NCBI GenBank assembly: GCA_019056805.1
Contig: DXJG01000006.1
Location: forward strand, 1-31,494
DNA: 31,494 nucleotides
Direction: 5' to 3'
Source of the DNA: Candidatus Baldrarchaeota archaeon
Lineage (GTDB): Archaea > Asgardarchaeota > Baldrarchaeia > Baldrarchaeales > DXJG01
Shown here: in pieces, positions 8,889 through 18,668 of the stretch
Numbering within the stretch: position 1 is the first letter of the stretch
How the letters are laid out: each line of letters opens with the position of its first letter
Program-made: the position numbers and the translations under genes
Notes under the pieces: generated by a model
What the model was told of the DNA's origin: nothing
Database searches by the model: none
What the model saw: only the letters and a program-made list of their open reading frames with translations

Positions 8889-10217
8889 TTATTTTGTTTC
8901 TGGCATCTTTAGAACAATTAACAGAATACTGTATGCTATAGTCAAAGTGGCGACTAAATACGGTATATTAGGTCCAATAAATGAGTAAATTGCACCAGCT
9001 GCTAAGGTAGTAATACTAGCTGTTATGTTAATTATTAGTCCGATTACGGAATTTATTCGCCCTCGAAATTCTAAAGGAGTAAGATCTGTAGTTATTGCAT
9101 TAATAACAATGAACCAAATGGAAAAACCTATTGATGTTAAACTTACAGCAACCAAAGTCAAGATAAATGGATTAGCTGTTACATAAGGTGTTATAAAAAG
9201 AAGGAAATCACCAAATAATTGGGAAATAGCAGAAACTATGATAACAGGTTTTCGACCAATTTTATCAATAAAAAATCCAGAGGGCAAAGTAACGAGGATG
9301 CCAAGAAAATTACTTACTATGAAAATGTAACCCCAAGTGATTTCATCGATTCCAAGAAAATAGACAGAATAATAAGCTGTAAGAAAGCTCATCGAGGCTG
9401 CTACACTAATAACAACATCTATTAGAAGAAGATATTTCAAATTTTCCTTTATGAAGTTTAAAGCTTTCTTATATCCTTCTTTAAACGATAATTGCTTATT
9501 TTCTAACGATTCTTCTCTAAGCAACGTTTCTTTAAGAAATACTGCCCTAATTATAACAACAGTCATACCGCTAAAGAAAGTTAAAAGATAGGCAAGCCTA
9601 ATTGCTGGGACCAGTGTATATCGAGAGATCAAGTAAATAGCTAAAGCGGGTGAAAACGATGCTATAATACTCGGCAAGAAATTATATAGTGAAAATATTT
9701 TTCCACGTTTTTCTTTTGGTGTAGAATCTGACATTAAACTCCATAAAGCTGGTTGATACATCAAAGCAACGCTTGATAAAAATGCGCCAATAACAAGCCA
9801 AGTCCAATCTGGTGAAAAAGCATAAATCAAATATGATGAACTAACTAATGCAGTCATATAAACAACGATTTTCTTTCTGCCGTATTTATCTGCTACATAA
9901 CCTCCTATAAGTCTTGAAAAGCCAAGAGTTATTGTTGAAACAAAAGAAATCACTGCAAGAATTACAGGAGTAGCCCCTAATTCTTTTGCATATAATTGAA
10001 AGTAAGGATGAGTCATATATTGAAAAGGTGCCCAAATAACCCAACTTAGAACCAGACCAAAAACATTCCACTTATAAATTCTTCTAAGATGTTCTTCGTA
10101 GTGTTCATCGAATTCTTTCATAGCCCTTGTTAAATTAAATATGCTTAAAAATATTTTGCGTCTTACTCTTCTCCCAAATTTAACAAAGCTTTGCAACACA
10201 CCACTTAAAAACTTCAT
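8889..10217 (-). CDS. MFS-family transporter located between cofD and cofC
   Basis: About 12 TM segments, with 'GGYVADKYGRKK' and 'GFFIDKIGRKP' loop motifs. It lies 13 nt downstream of the cofD stop on the same strand. An alternative start is the ATG at 10121 (MKEFDEH...). Confidence 0.8.
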   Translation of the reverse strand: MKFLSGVLQSFVKFGRRVRRKIFLSIFNLTRAMKEFDEHYEEHLRRIYKWNVFGLVLSWVIWAPFQYMTHPYFQLYAKELGATPVILAVISFVSTITLGFSRLIGGYVADKYGRKKIVVYMTALVSSSYLIYAFSPDWTWLVIGAFLSSVALMYQPALWSLMSDSTPKEKRGKIFSLYNFLPSIIASFSPALAIYLISRYTLVPAIRLAYLLTFFSGMTVVIIRAVFLKETLLREESLENKQLSFKEGYKKALNFIKENLKYLLLIDVVISVAASMSFLTAYYSVYFLGIDEITWGYIFIVSNFLGILVTLPSGFFIDKIGRKPVIIVSAISQLFGDFLLFITPYVTANPFILTLVAVSLTSIGFSIWFIVINAITTDLTPLEFRGRINSVIGLIINITASITTLAAGAIYSFIGPNIPYLVATLTIAYSILLIVLKMPETK

Positions 10218-10230
10218 ATAAATAAAATTG

Positions 10231-11157
10231 TTAGAGACTCAAACAGTTTAGAGCTTCTTTTGCAAGTCTTATTTTGTCTTCGAGTGTTTTCATTATGGTG
10301 TTGGTTACGGAAACTTTTATTCCAAGTTCCTCTATTCTATATTTCAAGTCTTTATCAACGTTATCTATAATTAAAACATCAATAATGTCTTTATACACTT
10401 TAGCTACACCGACCGCTGATACTTCGATTCCTAATCCTCGCATTAATTTGTCAGCTGGACCTTTTATAGGTGCTCCACCTACAATGGGACTTATAGCAAC
10501 AATTTTTGCTTCTGTTTTCTTCATAGCTTCTTTTACACCTTTAACAGACAATATTGGGCCTATACTTACAATGGGGTTACTTGGACAAATAATAATTCCA
10601 TCGGCATTCAATATAGACTCTATTACTCCGGGAGCTGGTTCAGCTTTTTCTATACCCTCAAATTTTACATCCAAAACAGGGTCCTGGGCCTTTCTTTTAA
10701 CCAAATATTCTTGGAAATGCATCTCACCAACGTTAGTAACTATCTTTGTTTGCACTCTATCATTTGTCATAGGAATTATTTTCACCTTAACTCCCAAGGT
10801 TTTTCGAATATTCTCCGTAACTTCTGACAGTTTCAACCCTTTTTTCAACAATATTGTTCTATGGATATGAGTTGCTAAGTCTTTATCTCCAAGCATAAAC
10901 CATGTTTCATAGCCATACTTTCTAAGCATATCTAAACAGTTGAAAGTATCTTCACGGATCCCCCAACCTTTTTCTTGATCAACAATGTTTGCAAGAGTAT
11001 AGGTAACTATATCAACGTCAGGAGAAATATGTAGTCCATAAAACTCGATATCATCTGCAGTATTAACTATTGTAACTATTTCTTCAGGTGGAACAACATG
11101 AACTAGTCCTTGTAGAAATCTTGCAGCTCCAACTCCTCCAGCTAATGTAGTTATCAT
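10231..11157 (-). CDS. cofD: LPPG:FO 2-phospho-L-lactate transferase, F420-0 synthase
   Basis: 308 aa. 'MITTLAGGVGAARFLQGL' is the canonical CofD/FbiA N-terminus, followed by '...ICPSNPIVSIGPIL...'. The size is typical. Confidence 0.85.
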   Translation of the reverse strand: MITTLAGGVGAARFLQGLVHVVPPEEIVTIVNTADDIEFYGLHISPDVDIVTYTLANIVDQEKGWGIREDTFNCLDMLRKYGYETWFMLGDKDLATHIHRTILLKKGLKLSEVTENIRKTLGVKVKIIPMTNDRVQTKIVTNVGEMHFQEYLVKRKAQDPVLDVKFEGIEKAEPAPGVIESILNADGIIICPSNPIVSIGPILSVKGVKEAMKKTEAKIVAISPIVGGAPIKGPADKLMRGLGIEVSAVGVAKVYKDIIDVLIIDNVDKDLKYRIEELGIKVSVTNTIMKTLEDKIRLAKEALNCLSL

Positions 11158-11775
11158 TTACCATCCCTCCCAATGTAAAATTTCTTCAATAGGCTTTCTA
11201 GGTGGAGGTAAAGGCTGTTCATCCGGGTAACCCACTTCTATTAATGCTTGAGGTTCCACGTCTTCTGGAATATTTAAAACCTTCCTAACTATTTTCTTTG
11301 CGAAGAGAGGAGCACATCTCCAACATGCACCCAACCCTTCAACATACGCAGCTAGCAATAGGTTTTGAATCGCCGCCGCAACACTTTGAACAGCCATAAC
11401 ATACTCCGCCTTTTGTCTCCTTTCGTCAGGATATTTATCCATATCGCGCATAGTTAAACAAGCAATTATTAAGACCGGTGCACTAATCATTCTCCTAATA
11501 GAGGTTTTAACCCTTTTCTCACATTCCTGTTTTGAAAAACCATTAGCCAAAAGATCTTCCCTAAATTTTTCACCCATACTTATTGCAAGCCTTTCTTTTA
11601 CTTCACGACTTCTTATTATGATAAAATGCCACGGCTGAGCATTATGAGCTGATGGTGCCCATATAGCCGCTTTAATCAGCCTTAACAAAACTTCTTTTTC
11701 AACAGGCTTATCTTTAAACTTCCTAACGGTTCTCCTGTTCTCAATTACTCTATAAAAATATTCAATGTCCTCCAT
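11158..11775 (-). CDS. Nitroreductase-family flavoprotein (resembles the FbiB C-terminal domain)
   Basis: 205 aa. 'NRRTVRKFKDKPVEKEVLLRLIKAAIWAPSAHNAQPWHFIII' is the nitroreductase-fold signature. Its TAA stop (11160-11158) directly abuts the cofD ATG (11157-11155). GGGAGGGA within its last codons can serve as the cofD SD. Confidence 0.8.
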   Translation of the reverse strand: MEDIEYFYRVIENRRTVRKFKDKPVEKEVLLRLIKAAIWAPSAHNAQPWHFIIIRSREVKERLAISMGEKFREDLLANGFSKQECEKRVKTSIRRMISAPVLIIACLTMRDMDKYPDERRQKAEYVMAVQSVAAAIQNLLLAAYVEGLGACWRCAPLFAKKIVRKVLNIPEDVEPQALIEVGYPDEQPLPPPRKPIEEILHWEGW

Positions 11776-12047
11776 GAACCATCATCCCTTCGTATGTAGT
11801 TCTGTTCAATAACTAACTACTTGAAACTTTAGCTAAGCTTAAATTTAAAAGATACGGAAAATAAAACTGTAAAACTGGAGAGATAAAAATTCACATATTT
11901 GTATCTAAAAAAACTCGGAGATTTCATTAATATTAGTCTTGGTTCTTAACATAAAATATTCCTATCTAAAGCTTTTAATACAAATTTAATGTATTAACAG
12001 TATTTTGTCGGAAAATTTATTAGAAAGTTAAGAAACCAATTTATCAC

Positions 12048-12590
12048 ATGAGTGTCCACAGAACGATGGGTACTATAGGATTTATTTTGTCAGCTATTGT
12101 GGATCTCTTAGTCTTAGGCAAAATAACAATATTACATGCGCTTCTCGTATACCCTGTAAACATTATATGTCGATCTGTTAGCTGGGTAACCTTAGGTAGA
12201 GCTTTTAAGAAGGGCTTTTACAAATTGACAGGATTAATCGTACTAATATTAGGCATATTTGTTTTTCTGATGTACACAGTAATAGGAAGGGTTCTGGGAG
12301 CCTTAGAGACGGTTATTCTTATGGTCCTATTGTTATGGATAATATATTCCCTTTTTGAATTCGCATCCTACCACAAGCTCAGGAATTTCACCAAGAAGTT
12401 TAGTCTTGCCAGAATAAGTCTTATAGGAATAATACTAATTACAATTGGAATACTTAGCCAACTTGAACAACCTATGGAACAATGGATATCAGGACCCGTA
12501 ACCCTTGGTTTCCTGTTCCTCGTCGTATCCTCCGTCCTAGCGGCTTCGGGTTTTAGAAAGCTTCCAACAAAGCTAGAAGTGTCAACCTAA
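12048..12590 (+). CDS. Integral membrane protein, unknown function
   Basis: 180-aa ORF with 5-6 hydrophobic helices. I recognise no motif. Confidence 0.5.
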   Translation: MSVHRTMGTIGFILSAIVDLLVLGKITILHALLVYPVNIICRSVSWVTLGRAFKKGFYKLTGLIVLILGIFVFLMYTVIGRVLGALETVILMVLLLWIIYSLFEFASYHKLRNFTKKFSLARISLIGIILITIGILSQLEQPMEQWISGPVTLGFLFLVVSSVLAASGFRKLPTKLEVST

Positions 12591-12684
12591 CAATCGATTA
12601 AACGAAATAAATGAATTAACAGTAAAAAATAATTTACCATGAAATTAAACTATTAGTCAGTAGTAACGTGTTTGAACTGTTATG

Positions 12685-13242
12685 TTATTTTTTGATGTTT
12701 ATTAGCATTTCTTTTACATATTCGACGTTTAGTACGAGTGATACTATTATGGCGGAGATTATGACTTCTATGAAAGCCTTTCCAACGATTTGCAGCGCAA
12801 TAAAGATCAAGCTTAATTGAAATGGAGCTCCACCAACGATAACAGCCCAGAAAACGACCACTAGAATTATGTATGGTGCTTCAACGATTTCCCCAATTAT
12901 TGCGCAGAGTACTGGCCAAAAACTTGGTTTTCTTTCCATAACTCTAAGCTTCTTTGCAACAATACCTGTTACTCCTGCCAATATAGCGTTTCCAATGGGT
13001 ATAAAAGGTCCTGCTCCACCGTAGGACCAGATGGTATATGCCATGATTAGTGAACCTATAGCTCCAGTTATTGCTCCTTCTAAAGGTCCAAGTCCTACTG
13101 CTAGGAGAAAATAGGGAAACTGAACTACCTGAAACACTATTGGAACTGGTCCAGGTATAACTATCCTGAAAAACGATAGAACATTGCTGAGAGCCGCCAT
13201 TATTGCTATCAAAGATAATGTTTTAACATTTAGTTTTTCCAT
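12685..13242 (-). CDS. Membrane protein resembling an ECF-transporter S (substrate-capture) component
   Basis: 185 aa with about 6 TM segments, Gly/Ala-rich helices and 'KTLSLIAIMAALSNVLSF' at the N-terminus, as in S components. AAAGGTGA lies upstream of the ATG. No ECF A or T genes are in the window. Confidence 0.45.
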   Translation of the reverse strand: MEKLNVKTLSLIAIMAALSNVLSFFRIVIPGPVPIVFQVVQFPYFLLAVGLGPLEGAITGAIGSLIMAYTIWSYGGAGPFIPIGNAILAGVTGIVAKKLRVMERKPSFWPVLCAIIGEIVEAPYIILVVVFWAVIVGGAPFQLSLIFIALQIVGKAFIEVIISAIIVSLVLNVEYVKEMLINIKK

Positions 13243-13438
13243 GTTAATTCACCTTTCCCCGGAGATTTGAGGTAACACTTCCTCTCAACCTTTAGCTTTA
13301 AATTTTACTACTCAATTTTGAGAAACTTCGATAAATGGACCAGCGTCAATTCATGTTTTATAATGTTTGTAGAGAAGAGTTAAATTCTGTAAATGTAACC
13401 ATAGTATTGTATTATTAACAATAGCTTGGAGGAATTAC

Positions 13439-13900
13439 ATGAGTGTTGAGGAAAAGCTAAAAGCTATGGGTTTAAGTTTACCTAAACCGCCTAAACCTGT
13501 TGCCGCCTATATACCCGCAGTTAAAACTGGAAATCTAATTTTTATCTCTGGGCAAATCCCTGTTGTTAACGGTGAGCTAAAATACAAAGGAAAAGTTGGT
13601 CAAGGTCTCAGTATCGAGGATGGCTATGAAGCCGCTAAAATCTGTGTTCTAAATGCTCTAAGTATAGTAAAAGATATGGTTGGAAGTTTAGATAAGGTTA
13701 AACGAATTGTAAGAGTTGTGGGTTATGTTAACTGTTCAGACGACTTTGAAGAGCCACATAAAGTTGTTAACGGAGCTTCTGAGCTTCTTGTAGAAATTTT
13801 CGGTGAAAAGGGTAGACATGCTAGACTAGCACTAGGTACAAATACATTGCCTCTTGGAGCCACCATAGAATTAGAAATGATTGTCGAAGTAGAAGAATAA
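13439..13900 (+). CDS. RidA/YjgF-family reactive-intermediate deaminase
   Basis: 153 aa. 'YIPAVKTGNLIFISGQIP' and the C-terminal 'ARLALGTNTLPLGATIELEMIVEV' are typical of the family. TGGAGGA is the SD. Confidence 0.8.
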   Translation: MSVEEKLKAMGLSLPKPPKPVAAYIPAVKTGNLIFISGQIPVVNGELKYKGKVGQGLSIEDGYEAAKICVLNALSIVKDMVGSLDKVKRIVRVVGYVNCSDDFEEPHKVVNGASELLVEIFGEKGRHARLALGTNTLPLGATIELEMIVEVEE

Positions 13901-13990
13901 TTGCACAATATAGTCGTTCCTAATGTATTAACGAATTTCCATTATATTCACTAACAACTAAACTAAAGAATTAAAAATATACGGGGAGAG

Positions 13991-15175
13991 GTGTCTTCTC
14001 TGAAAAATTCTAATCTTTTAAATTTTCTAATCTCTCTGATAAAAACACCAAGTCTATCTGGACAGGAAGAAAAGGTAGCAAAAATAGTCTTTAGGGAAAT
14101 GAAAAACTTAGAGTATGATGAAGTGTTTACCGATGAACTTGGAAGTGTCATCGGCATCATAAACAGCAAAAGAGGTAAAGTAATCTGCTTTAATGGTCAC
14201 ATGGATCATGTCCCTGAAGGTGATTTAAACAACTGGAAATATCATCCGTATAGCGGAACGATCGATGGAGATTACTTATATGGACGTGGAACAGTTGACA
14301 TGAAAAGTGCACTTGCAAGCATGATCTATGCAGCAGCAAAAGCCCGAGACAATGAACTATTAAACGGAAGAATTATTGTCGCAGCTGTTGTTTTCGAGGA
14401 GTTGCAAGAAGGAATTGCTATGAAAAACATAGTTGAAAATCACAACATAAATCCTGATGTCGTAATTTTAGGTGAACCAACAAATCTTAACTTAGCGATA
14501 GGACATAGAGGTCGAGTAGAAATAGAAATTACAATACATGGGAAAACAAGCCACGCAAGCATGCCTGAACTAGGTGACAACGCAGTTTTCAAAGCACTAC
14601 CACTCTTACAAGTTTTGAAGAATATTAATAAAGAAATGCCAGAACACCCCGTTTTAGGAAAAGAAACCTTAGCCTTAACCAAAATAATTTCAGAGCCACC
14701 AGAAGGACCAATAATACCTGACAAGTGTAAAATATTTTTAGACAGAAGAATATCAGTATTATCAACAAAAGAAGAAATTCTCTTGGAAACACAGAAAATT
14801 TTAGATTCCATCTCAGACAAATTATCAAAAAATGATGTAGAGTATAAAATTATAGAAACAGAGTTAAAATGCTACACAGGCTACACTCTAAAGACAGAAA
14901 GATTCTTCTACAAATGGATACTAGATAAAGAAAACCCTATAGTTAAAAGGGCAATCAAAGCATTAAAAGAAATAGAATTATCACCAAAAATAATGATATG
15001 GCGTTTCGGAACAGACGGTTCCTACACAGCTGGAGAAAAAGGAATTCCAACCATAGGATTTGGCCCTGGAGACGAAAAATTAGCACATCAACCGAATGAA
15101 CGAATTTCAATAAAGGATGTATACAAAGCGGTAAATGGCTATATCTCGCTAGCAAAAAATCTGTTAAAGACGTAA
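13991..15175 (+). CDS. M20-family metallopeptidase/deacylase (ArgE/DapE/YgeY-like)
   Basis: 394 aa. 'LIKTPSLSGQEEKVAKIV', 'FNGHMDHVP', 'LYGRGTVDMKSALA', 'EELQEG' and 'GPGDEKLAHQPNERISI' match the metal-binding and catalytic motifs of M20 enzymes. GTG start. Confidence 0.8.
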   Translation: MSSLKNSNLLNFLISLIKTPSLSGQEEKVAKIVFREMKNLEYDEVFTDELGSVIGIINSKRGKVICFNGHMDHVPEGDLNNWKYHPYSGTIDGDYLYGRGTVDMKSALASMIYAAAKARDNELLNGRIIVAAVVFEELQEGIAMKNIVENHNINPDVVILGEPTNLNLAIGHRGRVEIEITIHGKTSHASMPELGDNAVFKALPLLQVLKNINKEMPEHPVLGKETLALTKIISEPPEGPIIPDKCKIFLDRRISVLSTKEEILLETQKILDSISDKLSKNDVEYKIIETELKCYTGYTLKTERFFYKWILDKENPIVKRAIKALKEIELSPKIMIWRFGTDGSYTAGEKGIPTIGFGPGDEKLAHQPNERISIKDVYKAVNGYISLAKNLLKT

Positions 15176-15223
15176 AAAGCAAACTATCTATGTCATGAAA
15201 TTGGAGGTAAAGGAGGTAGGTTG

Positions 15224-16192
15224 ATGTATCTTGTTCCAACGTTTAAAGATGTGTTAAATGCTAAAAAGATAGTTTCTAAGCATCTTATTAGAACACCGCT
15301 TCTATATTCTAAGCAGCTTTCAAGAATGCTTGAATGTGATGCATATGTTAAATGTGAAAATGTTCAGATCACTGGAGCATTTAAAGTTAGGGGAGGAGTT
15401 AATTTAATTTCTAAGTTATCGGATGAAGAGAAACGTAAAGGTGTAATTGCCGTCTCAACTGGAAATCACGGCTTATCAGTTGCTTATGCAGCCTCACTTT
15501 TCGATGTAGATGCAACGATAGTTATGCCTGAAAAAGCTAATCCATTTAAAGTTCAAGCCATAAAAGATCTAGGAGCCAAAGTAGTTTTCCATGGAAAAGA
15601 CTATGATGAAGCAAAAGAATGGACCGAAAAAGAAGCTGTCAAGAAGGGTTATCGATACATACATTCAGGAAACGAACCATATCTAATAGCAGGTGTAGGA
15701 ACACTATACCTAGAAATACTTGAAGATTTGCCAGATGTAGATGTAATAATAGTTCCAGTAGGTGGAGGAAGCGGAGCTTCAGCAGCATGTATAGTAGCTA
15801 AAACAATAAACCCAAAAATAAAGGTTATAGGGGTTCAGTCAAGCGGGGCACCAGCAGTTTACCTCTCTTGGAAAAACAAGAAAACCGTGAAAATGGACAA
15901 AATAAATACCTTTGCAGAGGGTCTGGCTACAAGAGCCCCCTTCGAACTGACACTAGACATCATGTGGAAGTACTTAGACGATATGATTCTCGTGGAAGAC
16001 GAAGAAATAGCTAAGGCAATAATATTACTGCTTAAAACAATTCATCAAGTAGCTGAAGGAGCCGGTGCAGCCGCAACAGCAGCAGCCCTAAAACTCAAAG
16101 AACAAATAAAAGGAAAAAAGGTAGCATTAATTCTAAGCGGAGGCAACATATCCTTCGACAAGCTAAAAGAAATAATCACAAAATACAGCTAA
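15224..16192 (+). CDS. PLP-dependent threonine/serine ammonia-lyase (fold-type II)
   Basis: 'NVQITGAFKVRGG' carries the PLP lysine. 'VSTGNHG' and 'PVGGGSGAS' form the phosphate-binding loop. I prefer the ATG at 15224 (AGGAGGT 6 nt upstream). The ORF track starts at the TTG at 15221. Confidence 0.85.
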   Translation: MYLVPTFKDVLNAKKIVSKHLIRTPLLYSKQLSRMLECDAYVKCENVQITGAFKVRGGVNLISKLSDEEKRKGVIAVSTGNHGLSVAYAASLFDVDATIVMPEKANPFKVQAIKDLGAKVVFHGKDYDEAKEWTEKEAVKKGYRYIHSGNEPYLIAGVGTLYLEILEDLPDVDVIIVPVGGGSGASAACIVAKTINPKIKVIGVQSSGAPAVYLSWKNKKTVKMDKINTFAEGLATRAPFELTLDIMWKYLDDMILVEDEEIAKAIILLLKTIHQVAEGAGAAATAAALKLKEQIKGKKVALILSGGNISFDKLKEIITKYS

Positions 16193-16213
16193 CTAAAACA
16201 GAATACACCAAGG

Positions 16214-16369
16214 ATGCGAGAGATAGTAATTGCGAATTCATTTATTGCTCCTTTAATCTACGCACTTCTAGTAGAAGCTTTAACACTTCTAGCTTTTCCA
16301 ATAAATGGTCTAATGACATTTCTTATAATAGCAACAATAGGAGCATACATCACATTCTCTAAGCACTAA
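16214..16369 (+). CDS. Possible 51-aa two-helix membrane peptide (not in the ORF track)
   Basis: My own translation is MREIVIANSFIAPLIYALLVEALTLLAFPINGLMTFLIIATIGAYITFSKH*. It starts 22 nt after the dehydratase stop and has only a weak AAGG upstream. Confidence 0.3.
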   Translation: MREIVIANSFIAPLIYALLVEALTLLAFPINGLMTFLIIATIGAYITFSKH

Positions 16370-16512
16370 AATAAAAATAAATACGACAATATTTTTTCCA
16401 ATATTAATTATTATTAAATTAAAAGAAAGTAGGAAGACATTGGAAGCTTTTAAATATCTTTTGGAATAAAATCTGATTTACCAAGCTTAAATTTCGTGTA
16501 GGAGGTGGGAAG

Positions 16513-18558
16513 ATGCATGAAAAACATTCCAAAAAAGAACATATGAATCATGAACACCATTTGCATAAACATGAGGAAATTACGGCTCAACCTAAACCAC
16601 ATGCCCATCGTGATCATCATGCTCATATGGCTGAAGAATTCAAGAAAAAATTCTGGATATCACTTATCCTAACTATTCCAATACTTATTCTCTCACCAAT
16701 GATACAATCCCTAATGGGCATACAAATAAGATTTCTAGGAGACATGTACCTACTTTTTGCTCTCTCGAGTATAATATATCTATATGGGGGATTACCTTTT
16801 CTCAAGGGAATGGTCGACGAGTTACGTAAGAAAAGTCCAGGAATGATGACCCTAGTTGCAGTAGCAATCACCACCGCCTATGCATATAGTAGTGTTGTTG
16901 TCTTCGGATTGCAAGGAAAAGTATTCTTTTGGGAGCTAGCAACACTAATCGATATCATGCTTCTCGGTCACTGGATTGAAATGCGCTCCGTACTTGGGGC
17001 ATCCAAAGCACTAGAAGAAATGGTTAAACTGATGCCATCAGAAGCTCACCTCTTAATGGAAGATGGTTCAACAATGGACGTACCGATTGAGAAAATAAAG
17101 CCTGGTGACCGCGTACTAGTTAAACCCGGAGAAAAAATACCCGTAGATGGCATTGTAATTCAAGGACGTACAACCGTTGATGAAAGTATGTTAACGGGTG
17201 AATCAAAGCCTGTTGAAAAGAATGAAGGCGATACTGTCATTGGCGGAGCAATAAATAATGAGGGATCAATAATTGTTGAAGTTCAGAAAACTGGTGCTGA
17301 AACATATCTTTCACAAGTAATTGAACTTGTTAGAGAAGCTCAGGAAACTCGTTCAAAGACTCAAGATTTAGCGAATAGGGCTGCATTCTGGTTAACAATA
17401 ATTGCTCTGGGAGGAGGAGCAATCACTTTCTTAACGTGGATTCTAACAGGGAAAGATGTTGCATTTGCATTGGAGCGCGCTGTCACTGTAATGGTTATTG
17501 CTTGTCCTCATGCATTAGGCCTTGCAATTCCACTAGCTGTAGCAGTTTCAACATCTTTGGCTGCTAAAAACGGTTTACTTATTCGAGAACGTAGTGCTTT
17601 TGAACGTGCTAGAAATTTACAAGCAGTTGTATTCGATAAAACTGGAACACTAACCGAAGGTAGATTTGGTGTAACAGATATTATTTCCCTTTCTGGCAAA
17701 GATGAGAATGAAGTTTTAAGTCTTGCAGCTTCCTTAGAATCACGTTCCGAACATCCAATCGCTCTAGGAATTGTTCAAAAAGCTCAAGAAAGAAATTTAC
17801 CACTTAGAGAAGTAACCGATTTCAAAGCTATTACAGGGAGAGGCATAGAAGGAAAAGTAGATGGAAAGATCGTGAGGGTTGTTAGTCCAAGTTATCTAAA
17901 GGAAAATAATATAAAAATCAGTGATGAAAGGGTTGAAAAAGTTTTCAAGCAAGGAAAAACTGTCGTATTTGTTTTAGAAGACAATCAGGTCATCGGAGCA
18001 ATAGCATTAGCGGATATTATACGTAAGGAATCTAGAGAAGCTATTCAAAAACTAAAAGAAATGGGATTAAAATGCATGATGCTTACTGGTGACAACAAAT
18101 ATGTTGCAAAATGGGTAGCAGAAGAATTAGGTCTAGATGACTATTTTGCTGAAGTACTTCCCCACGAAAAAGCAGCGGTTATTCGAAAAATACAGGAACG
18201 TGGCTTAATAGTAGCGATGGTTGGAGACGGAATAAATGATGCTCCCGCCCTAGCACAAGCAGATATAGGAATTGCAATCGGTGCTGGAACTGATGTAGCT
18301 ATAGAAACAGCAGATATAATCTTAGTTCGCAATGATCCTAGAGATGTAGTTGCAATCATTGGTCTCGCGAAAGCAACCTACAAGAAAATGATTCAAAACC
18401 TACTTTGGGCAACAGGATACAATGCCATCGCAATTCCACTCGCAGCAGGTATCCTCTATGGAATTGGAATACTCTTAACTCCAGCAATAGGCGCTATACT
18501 AATGTCTTTAAGCACATTTATCGTTTCCGTCAACGCACGACTACTTTCCCTGGGATAA
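16513..18558 (+). CDS. copB: Copper-exporting P1B-type ATPase with a His-rich N-terminus (CopB-type)
   Basis: 681 aa. The N-terminus has a His-rich region of about 40 aa. Motifs present are TGES ('LTGESKPV'), the CPH transmembrane metal motif ('[11 protein letters not shown]'), the phosphorylation site '[10 protein letters not shown]' and the hinge '[10 protein letters not shown]'. GGAGGTGG is the SD. Confidence 0.9.
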   Translation: MHEKHSKKEHMNHEHHLHKHEEITAQPKPHAHRDHHAHMAEEFKKKFWISLILTIPILILSPMIQSLMGIQIRFLGDMYLLFALSSIIYLYGGLPFLKGMVDELRKKSPGMMTLVAVAITTAYAYSSVVVFGLQGKVFFWELATLIDIMLLGHWIEMRSVLGASKALEEMVKLMPSEAHLLMEDGSTMDVPIEKIKPGDRVLVKPGEKIPVDGIVIQGRTTVDESMLTGESKPVEKNEGDTVIGGAINNEGSIIVEVQKTGAETYLSQVIELVREAQETRSKTQDLANRAAFWLTIIALGGGAITFLTWILTGKDVAFALERAVTVMVIACPHALGLAIPLAVAVSTSLAAKNGLLIRERSAFERARNLQAVVFDKTGTLTEGRFGVTDIISLSGKDENEVLSLAASLESRSEHPIALGIVQKAQERNLPLREVTDFKAITGRGIEGKVDGKIVRVVSPSYLKENNIKISDERVEKVFKQGKTVVFVLEDNQVIGAIALADIIRKESREAIQKLKEMGLKCMMLTGDNKYVAKWVAEELGLDDYFAEVLPHEKAAVIRKIQERGLIVAMVGDGINDAPALAQADIGIAIGAGTDVAIETADIILVRNDPRDVVAIIGLAKATYKKMIQNLLWATGYNAIAIPLAAGILYGIGILLTPAIGAILMSLSTFIVSVNARLLSLG

Positions 18559-18668
18559 CAATTTCATTATTTCATTGTTTCCGGAGTTTTTCTTTTGTTA
18601 GCAGATCTACGGTTTATCTCATTTTCCCATTTATTCTTGACAACTTAAAAAAATAAGTGAAATAGGAA

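Noticed and set aside
10274-10870. 198-aa ORF on the + strand inside cofD
   Set aside because: It is fully antisense to a well-supported gene. The translation is low-complexity (S/T/I/F-rich), as expected for the antisense of an AT-rich coding region, and it has no SD or recognisable motif.
13243-13330. Possible riboswitch or structured leader upstream of the S-component-like gene (hairpin around 13267-13288)
   Set aside because: Only a stem of about 6 bp with a bulge can be drawn (TTGAG(A)G / CCTCAA). There is no resemblance I can defend to preQ1, TPP, FMN or other riboswitch cores, and riboswitches are rare in archaea.
18405-18656. 83-aa + strand ORF overlapping the 3' end of copB
   Set aside because: It is an off-frame overlap with the last two TM helices of copB. 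It has no start context and its composition is implausible.
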